Part shown: one piece after another, positions 1 to 10,470 of the stretch | Position numbering within the stretch: the first letter of the stretch is position 1 | How the letters are laid out: each line of letters starts with the position of its first letter | From: Methylorubrum extorquens | GTDB taxonomy: Bacteria > Pseudomonadota > Alphaproteobacteria > Rhizobiales > Beijerinckiaceae | DNA length: 32,000 nucleotides | Direction: 5' to 3' | Assembly: GCA_900234795.1 (NCBI GenBank) | Contig: LT962688.1 | Coordinates: 840,001 to 872,000, forward strand | Translations under genes and position numbers: made by a program | Notes under the pieces: generated by a model | The model's input: only the letters and a program-made list of their open reading frames with translations | What the model was told of the DNA's origin: nothing | Database searches by the model: none

Positions 1-1
1 G

Positions 2-796
2 GTCGGCGACCTCGACAAGCCCAAGCTCGTGTTCTTCTTCGACGAGGCGCATCTGCTGTTCAACGACGCGCCGAAGGCCCTTCTCGACGCGGTGGAGCAG
101 GTGGTGCGCCTGATTCGCTCGAAGGGCGTCGGCGTCTACTTCGTGACGCAGAACCCGCTCGACGTGCCGGAGACGGTGCTCGGCCAGCTCGGCAACCGGG
201 TGCAGCACGCGCTGCGCGCCTTCACCCCGCGCGACCAGCGCGCCGTGCGCGCCGCCGCGGAGACCTTCCGCCAGAACCCCGGCTTCGATGTCGGCAAGGC
301 GATCACCGAACTCGCCGTCGGCGAGGCGCTGGTGAGTTTCCTGGAAGCCAAGGGCACGCCCTCGGTCGTGGAACGGGCGCTGATCGCGCCGCCGCAGGGG
401 CGGGTGGGGCCGCTGACGCCGGCCGAGCGCGCCGCGATCATCGGGCAAAGCCCCCTGCGCGGAAAATACGACGAGGCGGTCGACAACGAGAGCGCCTACG
501 AGATGCTGGCCCAGCGCAAGCACCTCGATTCCGCCCCGGCGGGGGCCGCGGGCCAGAGCGAAGGCGGCCTCTCGGGCATGCTCGGCGGCTGGCTCGGTGG
601 GATCTTCGGCAGCGGCGAGGAAGCGGCATCGAAGGGCAAAGGGGCCGGCAAGGGAACCGGCCGCACCCGCCGCCCGCCGCCGAGTCTGGCCGAGCAGGTC
701 ATCGGCAATGCCGCGCGTTCCATGGCGCGCAAGGTCGGCACGGAGGTGGGCGACGCGATCCTGCGGAATGTGCTGGGTGGGCTGACGAAGCGGTAG
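2..796 (+). CDS. DUF853 / HerA-like P-loop NTPase (YjgR family), C-terminal part; 5' end outside window
   Basis: Frame is open from base 2 ([28 protein letters not shown]...). It has the FFFDEAH Walker-B-like block and [30 protein letters not shown], typical of YjgR/DUF853 ATPases. Stop TAG 794-796. Confidence 0.75.
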   Translation, partial: VGDLDKPKLVFFFDEAHLLFNDAPKALLDAVEQVVRLIRSKGVGVYFVTQNPLDVPETVLGQLGNRVQHALRAFTPRDQRAVRAAAETFRQNPGFDVGKAITELAVGEALVSFLEAKGTPSVVERALIAPPQGRVGPLTPAERAAIIGQSPLRGKYDEAVDNESAYEMLAQRKHLDSAPAGAAGQSEGGLSGMLGGWLGGIFGSGEEAASKGKGAGKGTGRTRRPPPSLAEQVIGNAARSMARKVGTEVGDAILRNVLGGLTKR

Positions 797-814
797 GCGG
801 GTCCTCGTCTCGCC

Positions 815-842
815 TTGACAGAAGCCCCGCTCCCGACTATCC
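815..842 (+). promoter_or_regulatory. candidate sigma70-type promoter for rplU-rpmA
   Basis: TTGACA (815-820), 16-nt spacer, CTATCC (837-842). This resembles the alphaproteobacterial CTTGAC-N16-17-CTATAT consensus and lies about 150 nt upstream of the rplU ATG. Confidence 0.35.
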
Positions 843-991
843 GGCCGGCACCGCGCGGCTTCCTCGACGAAGTCCGCGCGTTTCGCGTTCGTGCGCTCAC
901 GGCCCAGCCTGATCTGCGCGGATGACCTGAACAAGAAGACGGCCCAGGCCCTCACGGCGCCGGAGGCCGGCACAGAACACGAGAGACAACG

Positions 992-1384
992 ATGTTCGCA
1001 GTCATCAAGACAGGCGGCAAGCAATATCGCGTTGCCGCCAACGACGTCATCACCGTGGCCACCCTCGAGGGTGAGGCCGGCGCCGCCGTCACCTTCGGCG
1101 ACGTGCTGCTGTTCACCGATGGCGATGCCACCCAGGTCGGCACCCCGCTCCTGTCGGGTATCGGCGTCACCGGCGAGATCGTCCAGCACGGCCGCACGCG
1201 GAAGGTCATCGCCTTCAAGAAGCGCCGTCGCCAGAACTCGCGCCGCCGCCGCGGTCACCGTCAGGACTTCACGGTCGTGCGCATCACCGAGATCAGCGCC
1301 GGCGGCAAGACCTCGAAGGCCGAGCCGCGCAAGACCCGGAAGGCCGAGCCGGCCGCCGAGTCCGCCCCGGCCGCCGCTGAGTAA
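992..1384 (+). CDS. rplU: 50S ribosomal protein L21
   Basis: MFAVIKTGGKQYRVAANDVITV... is the canonical L21 N-terminus. It has the K/A/P/E-rich C-terminal extension common in alphaproteobacteria. RBS-like GAGAGACAACG precedes the ATG. Confidence 0.95.
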   Translation: MFAVIKTGGKQYRVAANDVITVATLEGEAGAAVTFGDVLLFTDGDATQVGTPLLSGIGVTGEIVQHGRTRKVIAFKKRRRQNSRRRRGHRQDFTVVRITEISAGGKTSKAEPRKTRKAEPAAESAPAAAE

Positions 1385-1432
1385 TCAGCCGCCCGTCCGA
1401 ACGCAGATCCAGCAGAATTCCGGAGCAATCCC

Positions 1433-1699
1433 ATGGCACACAAAAAAGCAGGCGGCTCGTCCCGCAACGGCCGCGACTCCGCCGGCCGGCGCCTCGGCGT
1501 CAAGAAGTTCGGCTCCGAGGCCGTGATTCCGGGCAACATCATCGTGCGCCAGCGCGGCACGAAGTGGCATCCCGGCACGAATGTCGGCATGGGCAAGGAC
1601 CACACCCTGTTCGCCCTCGTCCCGGGCAAGGTGCAGTTCGAGACCCGGCGCGGCCGCGATTTCGTAACCGTAGTGCCGCTGGCCCAGGCCGCGGAGTAA
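1433..1699 (+). CDS. rpmA: 50S ribosomal protein L27
   Basis: [27 protein letters not shown]...[13 protein letters not shown] is the canonical L27 sequence. It lies directly downstream of rplU. Confidence 0.95.
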   Translation: MAHKKAGGSSRNGRDSAGRRLGVKKFGSEAVIPGNIIVRQRGTKWHPGTNVGMGKDHTLFALVPGKVQFETRRGRDFVTVVPLAQAAE

Positions 1700-1741
1700 C
1701 GGCGGACGCTTGTCGCTGACGACGAAGCGAGCGTCCCGCCG
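1700..1741 (+). terminator. GC-rich hairpin right after the rpmA stop (no T-tract)
   Basis: CGGCGGACGCT (1700-1710) pairs with AGCGTCCCGCCG (1730-1741) with one bulged C. It starts 1 nt after the TAA. Confidence 0.3.
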
Positions 1742-1809
1742 GTGTCCCACACCGAACCGGCGGACGATCGCTGAAGGCTTCATGCGAAGCTTCGAGCGGA
1801 TCGGAACAC

Positions 1810-1837
1810 GGGGGAGGATGGGGCACCATCCTCCCCC
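1810..1837 (+). terminator. perfect 12-bp hairpin between rpmA and the GNAT gene
   Basis: GGGGGAGGATGG (1810-1821), loop GGCA, CCATCCTCCCCC (1826-1837), followed by TTCGTCGTC (weak T-tract). Confidence 0.35.
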
Positions 1838-1887
1838 TTCGTCGTCCCGGACGGCGCCTTCGCGCGCCCTCGCATGACCGGCTCACG

Positions 1888-2487
1888 ATGTTCCCCGATC
1901 TCACCCGCGACGACGTTTTCCGCATCGAGACGCGCCGGCTCTGGCTGCGCTGGCCCACGGCCCGCGACGCCGAGGCCGTCTCGCGGTTCGCCGGCGATCC
2001 GGCCGTGGCCGAGATGACCGCGCGGATTTCGAGCCCGCTTCCGCTGCCCGAGGCCGAAAGCTTCGTGATCCAGGCGCGGGCGATCAACACGGCCGGGGAG
2101 GGGCTGATCATGGCCCTGTGCCGGCGGGCGGCGCCTGCGAACCTGATCGGTGTCGTCTCGGTCGAGAACCGGCCCGACGCGTCCGAACCGCATCTCGGCT
2201 ACTGGCTCGGGCGCCCGTTCTGGGGCGAGGGGCTGATGACCGAGGCGGCCGAGGCGCTGGTGGACGCGACCTTCGCCTATGCCGGAGAGCGAGCGCTCGC
2301 CTCGTCGGCGATGATCGGCAATCCCGGCTCGCGCCGCGTGCTGGAGAAGTGCGGGTTCCGCTTCACCGGGGAATCCGCACCGGTCTTCGAGGCGCGGGGC
2401 GGTGCCGTGCCGAGCCACAACTTCCGGCTCGATCGGGCCGAGTGGCTCGACCGGCGCGGGACGGCCGTGGGAGGCCGCCTGGCATGA
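1888..2487 (+). CDS. GNAT family N-acetyltransferase (RimJ/RimL-like)
   Basis: 199 aa. The block WLGRPFWGEGLMTEAAEALVDATF matches the GNAT acetyl-CoA binding motif region. The position between rpmA and obg is a conserved alphaproteobacterial arrangement. Confidence 0.8.
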   Translation: MFPDLTRDDVFRIETRRLWLRWPTARDAEAVSRFAGDPAVAEMTARISSPLPLPEAESFVIQARAINTAGEGLIMALCRRAAPANLIGVVSVENRPDASEPHLGYWLGRPFWGEGLMTEAAEALVDATFAYAGERALASSAMIGNPGSRRVLEKCGFRFTGESAPVFEARGGAVPSHNFRLDRAEWLDRRGTAVGGRLA

Positions 2488-2963
2488 GGACACGGATGGT
2501 CGCCGGCCTCGGGGCCGGCCTCACCGCGATCGCCCTCGGCAGCCTGATCTTCGCGATCACCCGCGAGGTGCCGCCGCCGCCGATCGAAGCCGCGGCGGCG
2601 CCGGCCCCGAGACCTCGGGGCGAGACCCGGCTCTACTGCGAGTTCTACAATTTCGCCGGCCGCACCCCGAAGGTCGGGTTCTACTTCGCCAGCCCTGCGG
2701 GTGGCGGGAGCGCGTACGGGCAACTGTTCCAGCGGGAGGCGGACGGGTCTCAGACCCTGTTCGACGAACGGCCGACCTGGACCTATGCTCGCGACGGGGA
2801 GGCGCCGACCCTGCGCTCGCCCGACGGCGCGATCCAGATCAACCTCTACGGCGATGGCGGCGCCAACGGCCGCCAGCCGGATGCCGGCGGATGGTTCGAG
2901 GCGGGCCTGCGCAGCATCCAGTACCTCAATCTCGACGGCCAGTGCCGTCGCACAGAAAGCTGA
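2484..2963 (+). CDS. hypothetical membrane-anchored protein
   Basis: ATG at 2484 overlaps the GNAT stop (ATGA, 2484-2487). N-terminus MRTRMVAGLGAGLTAIALGSLIFAI is a single TM helix or signal anchor. High GC3 coding pattern. No family recognised. Confidence 0.6.
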   Translation: MRTRMVAGLGAGLTAIALGSLIFAITREVPPPPIEAAAAPAPRPRGETRLYCEFYNFAGRTPKVGFYFASPAGGGSAYGQLFQREADGSQTLFDERPTWTYARDGEAPTLRSPDGAIQINLYGDGGANGRQPDAGGWFEAGLRSIQYLNLDGQCRRTES

Positions 2964-4034
<1,071 letters not shown>

Positions 4035-4101
4035 GCGCAGCGGCGCTACGCCTCAGTCCAGACCGGCGACGGGATTTGCCGGTTTGCCCTACATCGGATG
4101 C

Positions 4102-4548
4102 ATGCGCAGCACCCTCGCCCTCCTCCTCGCCCTCGCCGCCTCCCCCGCCATGGCGGAGGATTCCTGCACCGATCTGATCGATCGGGTGCAACGGGCCACG
4201 AGCGCGACGGTCGCCGAGCGGAGCGCCGACTTCGCCCGCTTCGAGGCCGGGCCACAGACATCGCTGACGCTCTCCTGCGCAGGCGCCAACGCGTCCTCCG
4301 TCGGCGCGCAGTACAAGGGCGAGACCCCGCCCGAGGCCTACGACACCCTGTTCGTACAGGCGGGCCACGCCATTACGGGAATCGCACCGGATCGGCTGCG
4401 GGACGCCACCCGGCAGGCCCGCGCGAGCGCGCAGGACAAGCGCCACAGCACGGTCGAGGTGGACGGCGCCCGCGTCACCTGCGCCTTCATGCGCAAGGAG
4501 CAGGGTCCGCTCACCCTCTGCGCCGTGATCCAGCGCCCCGGCGCCTGA
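4102..4548 (+). CDS. hypothetical secreted protein
   Basis: MRSTLALLLALAASPAMA/EDSC is a Sec-type signal peptide with an AxA site. Four Cys residues. An alternative TTG start lies at 4084. No family recognised. Confidence 0.6.
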   Translation: MRSTLALLLALAASPAMAEDSCTDLIDRVQRATSATVAERSADFARFEAGPQTSLTLSCAGANASSVGAQYKGETPPEAYDTLFVQAGHAITGIAPDRLRDATRQARASAQDKRHSTVEVDGARVTCAFMRKEQGPLTLCAVIQRPGA

Positions 4549-4566
4549 CCGGTCAGGGGTGGAAAC

Positions 4567-4608
4567 GGGGCGCTGCCCCGCGCCCCGCCAAAGGGATGAT
4601 CCCTTTGG
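4567..4608. terminator. two adjacent hairpins between convergent genes (possible bidirectional terminator)
   Basis: GGGGCGC (4567-4573) pairs with GCGCCCC (4580-4586). CCAAAGGGAT (4588-4597) pairs with ATCCCTTTGG (4599-4608). They lie between the stop at 4548 (+) and the stop at 4621 (-). Confidence 0.4.
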
Positions 4609-4620
4609 GATCTCGGGATC

Positions 4621-5556
4621 TCAACCTGGTCCGGACCCGTGCGACATGGGCGAGACCTGATCCTCGCCGTCCAGGGTCCGGGCTACGGCGCGGGCGACGT
4701 TGACGAGAGCGGTCACCATCGGTGTCGCCGGGTCGCGGCGCGGGGCGACGAGGCCGATGGCGTGGCGCAGGTCCGGCTCTACGATCGGGATTGCCCGCAG
4801 GCCCTCGGTCGGCCCCAGCGCGTCGGCGAGAATGGCCGGCATCACGCTCGCCCATTGCAGGGTGCGCACATGGGTCATCAGCACGACCATCGAATTGGAT
4901 TCGAGCGTCGGCGCCGCCTCGCCGCCCGCGGCCCGTATCTGCTGATCGATGATGCGGCGGTTCTGCATGTTGGGGGTCAGCAGGCAGAGCGGGATCTTCG
5001 CCAACTCCGCCCAGGTGACGCTGGCCCGGTCGTCGTAGGGGCCGCCGGCCGCGGTCAGGAGCTGGTAGTGCTCGGTATAGAGCGGCACGGCGATCACGCG
5101 CCCGAGCGGCTCGTTGTCGAGATAGGTCAGCCCCGCATCCGCTTCGAGGTTGTCGATCAGCGAGAAGATCTCTTCCGAAGTCGTGGACAGGACGCTGAAG
5201 CGCACGTTCGGGTAGCGGGCGCGGTAGGGGGTGGTCAGCGCGGCCACCATCGGCAGTGCCGTCGGCACCGCAGCGATCCGCAGGTGCCCCGACAGCCCCT
5301 TGCGCAGCGCCGCCACGTCGTCCTGCATGGCGCGGGCGTCGCCGACGATGCGGCGGCCCCAGGCCAGCACCCGGTCCCCCTCGGGCGTGAACCCCTGGAA
5401 GCGCGAGCCGCGCTGAACCAACCGCACGCCGAAACGATCCTCCAGGCTCTTCACCCCCGCCGAGAGGGTCTGCTGGGTCACGCCGCAGGTCTCAGCGGCC
5501 CGCCCGAAATGCTGTTCGCGGGCGAGCGCCAGGAGGAATTCGAGCTTGTCGATCAC
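4621..5556 (-). CDS. LysR family transcriptional regulator (possible fds regulator)
   Basis: MIDKLEFLLALAREQHFGRAAETCGVTQQTLSAGVKSLEDRFGVRLVQR is a LysR wHTH, followed by a substrate-binding domain. 311 aa. It lies immediately downstream of fdsD on the same strand. Confidence 0.9.
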   Translation of the reverse strand: MIDKLEFLLALAREQHFGRAAETCGVTQQTLSAGVKSLEDRFGVRLVQRGSRFQGFTPEGDRVLAWGRRIVGDARAMQDDVAALRKGLSGHLRIAAVPTALPMVAALTTPYRARYPNVRFSVLSTTSEEIFSLIDNLEADAGLTYLDNEPLGRVIAVPLYTEHYQLLTAAGGPYDDRASVTWAELAKIPLCLLTPNMQNRRIIDQQIRAAGGEAAPTLESNSMVVLMTHVRTLQWASVMPAILADALGPTEGLRAIPIVEPDLRHAIGLVAPRRDPATPMVTALVNVARAVARTLDGEDQVSPMSHGSGPG

Positions 5557-5647
5557 GGATGCGCCGCCCCGGCGCCCGCCGAGAGGGCGGGCTCCCGCCG
5601 TGGTAGGCCGATTGCCGCCGGCTTCTCAAGCCGCAGGCCGCCGGCCT

Positions 5648-5938
5648 TTACCCCGCGTCGCTGGCCCCCTCGCCCACGAGCTGCGGATCGCGGGTGGCCG
5701 GACGCACCGGGCTCTCGACCGCCGGGTCCTCGTGAAGCGCCCGGTGAACGAGCGCGTCGAGCCGCTCGCCGGCCTCCTCGGCGTAGCCTTCGAGGTCGCG
5801 GCGCATCTTCGGCGTCCAGAACGCCACGATGTGCTTGTGGATGCCCGAGACCGCTTCCTCCTCCGGGTAGGACCGGAAGAACAGGGCGATCTGGTTGGCC
5901 ATCCGCACCAGTCGGTCGTTGATGGTCGTTGCGCTCAT
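5648..5938 (-). CDS. fdsD: formate dehydrogenase delta subunit (FdsD)
   Basis: RLVRMANQIALFFRSYPEEEAVSGIHKHIVAFWTPKMRRDL matches the FdsD family core. ATG at 5938 is preferred (MSATTIND...). The track ORF extends to 5989. Confidence 0.75.
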   Translation of the reverse strand: MSATTINDRLVRMANQIALFFRSYPEEEAVSGIHKHIVAFWTPKMRRDLEGYAEEAGERLDALVHRALHEDPAVESPVRPATRDPQLVGEGASDAG

Positions 5939-6014
5939 GCCCGCACTCGGCTGTATCTGATTGGGGAGCGCGCCCTCCCGCTCCCTCATCTTGAGGGAAA
6001 GGATCGGACGTCTG

Positions 6015-6036
6015 GGGGCGGGCCGAAACCCGCCCC
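6015..6036 (-). promoter_or_regulatory. intercistronic hairpin between fdsA and fdsD
   Basis: GGGGCGGG (6015-6022), loop CCGAAA, CCCGCCCC (6029-6036). It lies 10 nt downstream of the fdsA stop codon (first base of the stop at 6048, last base at 6046, minus strand). Confidence 0.3.
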
Positions 6037-6045
6037 GTTGGAAGT

Positions 6046-8898
6046 CTACTCCGCCGCTTCGGCGATGCGGGTGAGCGAGAAGTCCTCCTCGTAGAACTTC
6101 GCCTGCCAGTCGGAGGGCCGGTTCGTGCGCCGCACCTGCACCGCCGTCACCTTGTATTCGGGGCAGTTGGTGGCCCAGTCCGAATAGTCCGTGGTGATGA
6201 CGTTGGCGCCGGTCTTGGCGTGGTGGAACGTCGTGTAGACGATCCCCGGCTGCATCCGCTCGGTCACCTTGGCCTTCAGCGCGATGTCGCCCGAGCGGCT
6301 CTCCAGGGCGACGAGGTCGCCATCGACGATGCCGCGCATCTCCGCGTCGAAGGGGTGGATCTCCAGCACGTCTTCCTCGTGCCAGCGGGAGTTCTCGGTG
6401 CGCCGCGTCTGCGCGCCGACATTGTACTGCGAGAGGATGCGGCCCGTGGTGAGGATCAGCGGGAACTTGCCCGTGGTCCGCTCATCGGTGGGCACGTATT
6501 CCGTGATCATGAAGCGGCCCTTGCCGCGCACGAACCGGTCCACGTGCATCATCGGCGTGCCGAGCGGCGCCTTCTCGTTGCACGGCCACTGGATCGAGCC
6601 CAGCTCCTCCAGCTTGTCGTAGGAGACGCCGGCGAAGCTCGGGGTGAGCGCCGCGATCTCGTCCATGATCTCGGACGGGTGGGTGTACTCCATCTTGTAG
6701 CCGAGCGCGTTGGCGAGCAGCACCGTGCCCTCCCAATCGCCGTAGCCGCCCATCGGGGCCATCACCTTACGCACGCGGGAGATGCGGCGCTCGGCGTTGG
6801 TGAAGGTGCCGTCCTTCTCAAGGAACGAGGCGCCCGGCAGGAAGACGTGGGCGTATTTGGCGGTCTCGTTCAGGAACAGGTCCTGGATCACGATGCACTC
6901 CATGGCCTTGAGGCCGGAGGTGACGTGATGGGTGTCGGGGTCGGACTGCGCGATGTCCTCGCCCTGGATGTACATGCCCTTGAAGCTGCCGCCGACGGCT
7001 TCGTCCAGCATGTTGGTGATGCGCAGACCCGGCGCGTTGTCGAGCTTGGCCCCCCAGATCGCCTCGAAGCTCTCGCGGGTGGCGTCGTCCGAGACGTGGC
7101 GGTAGCCCGGCAGCTCGTGCGGGAACGAGCCCATGTCGCAGGAGCCCTGCACGTTATTCTGGCCGCGCAGCGGGTTCACGCCCGCACCCACCATGCCGAT
7201 ATTGCCGGTGGCCATGGCGATGTTGGCCATGCCCATCACCATGGTCGAGCCCTGGCTGTGCTCGGTCACGCCGAGCCCGTAGTAGATCGCCGCCTTGCCA
7301 CCGGTGGCGTAGAGCCGGGCCGCGGCGCGGATCTCCTGCGGATCGACGCCGGTGATCGCCTGCGCCGCTTCCGGCGAATTGCGCTCCTCGGCGATGAACC
7401 GGGCCCAGGACTCGAACTCGGCCAGATCGCAGCGCTCGCGGACGTAGTCCTCGGCGATCAGCCCTTCCGTGACGATGACGTGGGCGAACGCGTTGATGAA
7501 GGCGACGTTGGAGCCGGGCTTCAAGGGCAGGTGATGGTCGGCCCGGATGTGGGGCGACTTCACAAGGTCGATTTTTCTCGGATCCGCGACGATGAGCCTA
7601 GCGCCCTCGCGAAGCCGCTTCTTCATCCGCGAACCGAAGACGGGGTGACCGTCGGTCGGGTTGGCGCCGATGACGAGGATCACATCGGATTCCTCGACCG
7701 ACTTGAAGTCCTGCGTGCCGGCGGAGGTGCCGAGCGTGGACATCAGTCCGTAGCCGGTCGGCGAGTGGCAGACGCGGGCGCAGGTATCGACGTTGTTGTT
7801 GCCGAAGGCGGCGCGCACCAGCTTCTGGACGAGGTAGGCTTCCTCGTTGGTACAGCGCGACGAGGTGATGCCGCCGACCGAGTCGCGGCCGTACGTCGCC
7901 TGGATGCGCTTGAACTCGGAGGCCGCGTGATTGATCGCCTCCTCCCAGGATACCTCGCGCCACGGATCCGTGATCTTCTCGCGGATCATCGGCTTGGTGA
8001 TGCGGTCCTTGTGGGTGGCGTAGCCGTAGGCGAAGCGGCCCTTGACGCAGCTATGGCCCTCGTTGGCCTTGCCGCCCTTGTAGGGCACCATGCGGACGAC
8101 CTTGTCGCCCTGCATCTCGGCCTTGAAGGCGCAGCCGACGCCGCAATAGGCGCAGGTCGTGACCTCGGAATGGTCCGGCTGGCCGTATTGGTGGATCGTC
8201 TTCTCCTGCAGCGTCGCGGTCGGGCAGGCCTGCACGCAGGCGCCGCAGGACACGCATTCGGACTGCATGAAGTTGGTCGGGCCCGCCGCCACGCGGCTGT
8301 CGAAGCCGCGGCCCTCGATGGTCAGCGCGAAGGTGCCCTGCGTCTCCTCGCAGGCGCGGACGCAGCGGTTGCAGACGATGCACTTCGACGGATCGTAGGT
8401 GAAGTAGGGGTTCGACTCGTCCTTGGGCAGGTAGCGGTCGGAGGCCGGCTTGACGTGGTTGTCGCCGTCATAGCCGTAGCGCACCTCGCGCAGGCCAACC
8501 TGACCTGCAGTATCTTGCAGCTCGCAATCGCCGTTGGCGGCGCAGGTCAAGCAGTCGAGCGGGTGGTCGGAGATGTAGAGCTCCATCACGCCCTTGCGCA
8601 GCCGATGCAACTTGTCGGTCTGCGTGTGCACGACCATGCCGTTCTCGGCCGGCGTGGTGCAGGAGGCGGGCGTGCCGCGGCGGCCGTCGATCTCCACGAG
8701 GCACATCCGGCAGGAGCCGAACGGCTCCAGCGAATCCGTCGCGCAGAGCTTCGGGATTTTGGTGCCCATATGCATCGCGGCGGCCATGACCGAGGTGCCC
8801 GCGGGCACGGTCACGCTCTCGCCGTCGATGGTCAGCGTCACCGTCTGCTCATTGAGCCGGATCGGCGTGCCGTAGTCGATTTCCTTGATGAGGGTCAT
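6046..8898 (-). CDS. fdsA: NAD-dependent formate dehydrogenase alpha (catalytic Mo/W-bisPGD) subunit
   Basis: 950 aa. It has an N-terminal NuoG-like 2Fe-2S (CATDSLEPFGSCRMCLVEIDG), HPLDCLTCAANGDCELQ, two ferredoxin CxxCxxCxxxCP motifs and the MopB 4Fe-4S motif TTCAYCGVGCAF. The active-site block is CARVCHSPTG (Cys, no in-frame TGA). Confidence 0.95.
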   Translation of the reverse strand: MTLIKEIDYGTPIRLNEQTVTLTIDGESVTVPAGTSVMAAAMHMGTKIPKLCATDSLEPFGSCRMCLVEIDGRRGTPASCTTPAENGMVVHTQTDKLHRLRKGVMELYISDHPLDCLTCAANGDCELQDTAGQVGLREVRYGYDGDNHVKPASDRYLPKDESNPYFTYDPSKCIVCNRCVRACEETQGTFALTIEGRGFDSRVAAGPTNFMQSECVSCGACVQACPTATLQEKTIHQYGQPDHSEVTTCAYCGVGCAFKAEMQGDKVVRMVPYKGGKANEGHSCVKGRFAYGYATHKDRITKPMIREKITDPWREVSWEEAINHAASEFKRIQATYGRDSVGGITSSRCTNEEAYLVQKLVRAAFGNNNVDTCARVCHSPTGYGLMSTLGTSAGTQDFKSVEESDVILVIGANPTDGHPVFGSRMKKRLREGARLIVADPRKIDLVKSPHIRADHHLPLKPGSNVAFINAFAHVIVTEGLIAEDYVRERCDLAEFESWARFIAEERNSPEAAQAITGVDPQEIRAAARLYATGGKAAIYYGLGVTEHSQGSTMVMGMANIAMATGNIGMVGAGVNPLRGQNNVQGSCDMGSFPHELPGYRHVSDDATRESFEAIWGAKLDNAPGLRITNMLDEAVGGSFKGMYIQGEDIAQSDPDTHHVTSGLKAMECIVIQDLFLNETAKYAHVFLPGASFLEKDGTFTNAERRISRVRKVMAPMGGYGDWEGTVLLANALGYKMEYTHPSEIMDEIAALTPSFAGVSYDKLEELGSIQWPCNEKAPLGTPMMHVDRFVRGKGRFMITEYVPTDERTTGKFPLILTTGRILSQYNVGAQTRRTENSRWHEEDVLEIHPFDAEMRGIVDGDLVALESRSGDIALKAKVTERMQPGIVYTTFHHAKTGANVITTDYSDWATNCPEYKVTAVQVRRTNRPSDWQAKFYEEDFSLTRIAEAAE

Positions 8899-8910
8899 GC
8901 GACGGCCTCC

Positions 8911-10470
8911 TCACTCGGCCGCGACAGGCAGATCGCCCGCGCGCCGAAAATCCTCGGGGAAGTTGGTGATCGCGCTCATCACGGGCATGGGCGTCAGGCC
9001 GCCCATGGCGCAGAGCGAGCCGTCGGTCATGATCTCGCAGAGATCTTCGACGAGCTTGAGATTGGCCTCCGGGCGGATGCCGGAGATGACCTTGTCCATG
9101 GTCTCGACGCCGCGGGTGGCGCCGACGCGACAGGGGGTGCACTTGCCGCAGGATTCGGTGGCGCAAAACTCGAAGGCGAAGCGAGCCTGCTTGGCCATGT
9201 CCACGGTGTCGTCGAACACGACGATGCCACCGTGGCCGACGAGGCCCTTCTTGGCCGCCATCGCCTCGTAATCCAGCGGCGTGTCGAGCAGATCGTCGGG
9301 GAAGTAGGCCCCGAGCGGACCGCCGACCTGCACCGCGCGCACCGGACGGCCCGAGGCCGTGCCGCCGCCGAAATCCTCGATCACCTGACGGATGGTGATG
9401 CCGAAGGCGTACTCGATCAGGCCGCCCTGCCGGATGTTGCCGGCGAGCTGGATCGGCAGGGTGCCGAGCGAGCGGCCCATGCCGTACTCGGCGTAAGACT
9501 TGGCGCCGTGCTCCAGGATGTACGGCACGGCCGTGAAGGTCATGACGTTGTTGACCAGCGTCGGCTTGCCGAGAAAGCCCTTCAGCGCCGGGATCGGGGG
9601 CTTGGCCCGGACGATTCCGCGCTTACCCTCGAGGCTCTCCAGCAGCGAGGTTTCCTCGCCGCAGATATAGGCGCCGGCGCCCAGCCGCACTTCCAGGTGG
9701 AAGCTCTTGCCGGAGCCCAGAATGTTGTCGCCGAGCACGCCCGCCCGCACGCCGTTGGCGATGGCGTCGCGCAGGGTCTTGAAGCTCTGCGGGTACTCCG
9801 AGCGGCAGTAGATGTAGCCGCGGGTGGCGCCGGTCGCGACGGCGGCGATGGTCATGCCCTCGATCAGGTTGAAGGGGTCGCCCTCCATCATGATCCGGTC
9901 GGCGAAGGTGCCGGAATCGCCCTCGTCGGCGTTGCAGACCACGTATTTCTGGTCCGATTGGGCCAGCATCACCGTGTTCCACTTGATGCCGGCCGGGAAG
10001 CCGGCGCCGCCGCGCCCGCGCAGTCCCGAATCGCGCACCTGGGCGACGATGCCCTCGGCGCCGAGCTTCAGCGCCGCCTCCAAACCGCGGTAGCCGCCAT
10101 GGGCCCGGTAATCCTCGACCGAGACCGGATCGACCACGCCGCAGCGGTGGAAGGTGAGCCGGTGCTGCTTGGCCAGGAACGGAATCTCTTCCGGCTTGCC
10201 AAGGCGGAGCGCGTGTTCCCCACCTTCGGTGAGCCCGGCATCGAGCAGGCCCTCGACATCGGCCGGGGTCACCGGACCGTAGGCGATGCGGCCCTCAGGG
10301 GTCGCGACCTCGACCATCGGCTCGAGCCAGAGCAGGCCGCGGGTGCCGGTGCGGACGATGCGCACGTCGAGACCGCGAGCTTCCGCGCCGGCGAAGATCG
10401 CCCGGGCGACGCGGTTGGCGCCGAGCCCGAGGGCGACGGCGTCCTGCGGGACGTAGAGGGTGATGCTCAC
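8911..10470 (-). CDS. fdsB: NAD-dependent formate dehydrogenase beta (NuoF-like, FMN/NAD) subunit
   Basis: 519 aa. It has GRGGAGFPAGIKW (FMN/NADH site) and ESCGKCTPCRVG (4Fe-4S). The GTG start overlaps the fdsG stop by 4 nt (GTGA, 10467-10470). Confidence 0.95.
   Translation of the reverse strand: MSITLYVPQDAVALGLGANRVARAIFAGAEARGLDVRIVRTGTRGLLWLEPMVEVATPEGRIAYGPVTPADVEGLLDAGLTEGGEHALRLGKPEEIPFLAKQHRLTFHRCGVVDPVSVEDYRAHGGYRGLEAALKLGAEGIVAQVRDSGLRGRGGAGFPAGIKWNTVMLAQSDQKYVVCNADEGDSGTFADRIMMEGDPFNLIEGMTIAAVATGATRGYIYCRSEYPQSFKTLRDAIANGVRAGVLGDNILGSGKSFHLEVRLGAGAYICGEETSLLESLEGKRGIVRAKPPIPALKGFLGKPTLVNNVMTFTAVPYILEHGAKSYAEYGMGRSLGTLPIQLAGNIRQGGLIEYAFGITIRQVIEDFGGGTASGRPVRAVQVGGPLGAYFPDDLLDTPLDYEAMAAKKGLVGHGGIVVFDDTVDMAKQARFAFEFCATESCGKCTPCRVGATRGVETMDKVISGIRPEANLKLVEDLCEIMTDGSLCAMGGLTPMPVMSAITNFPEDFRRAGDLPVAAE

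Noticed and set aside
4639-5922. Other long antisense or off-frame ORFs (4639-5922 +, 11054-12013 +, 12191-13258 +, 13863-15380 +, 15272-16210 -, 16247-17266 -, 30190-31203 -, 30734-31939 -)
   Set aside because: Each overlaps a gene with clear family signatures on the other strand or frame, and each has Arg/Pro/Gly-rich low-complexity translations.
6046-8898. Possible selenocysteine (in-frame TGA plus SECIS) in the formate dehydrogenase alpha subunit
   Set aside because: The ORF is uninterrupted, and the active-site position reads Cys in CARVCHSPTG.
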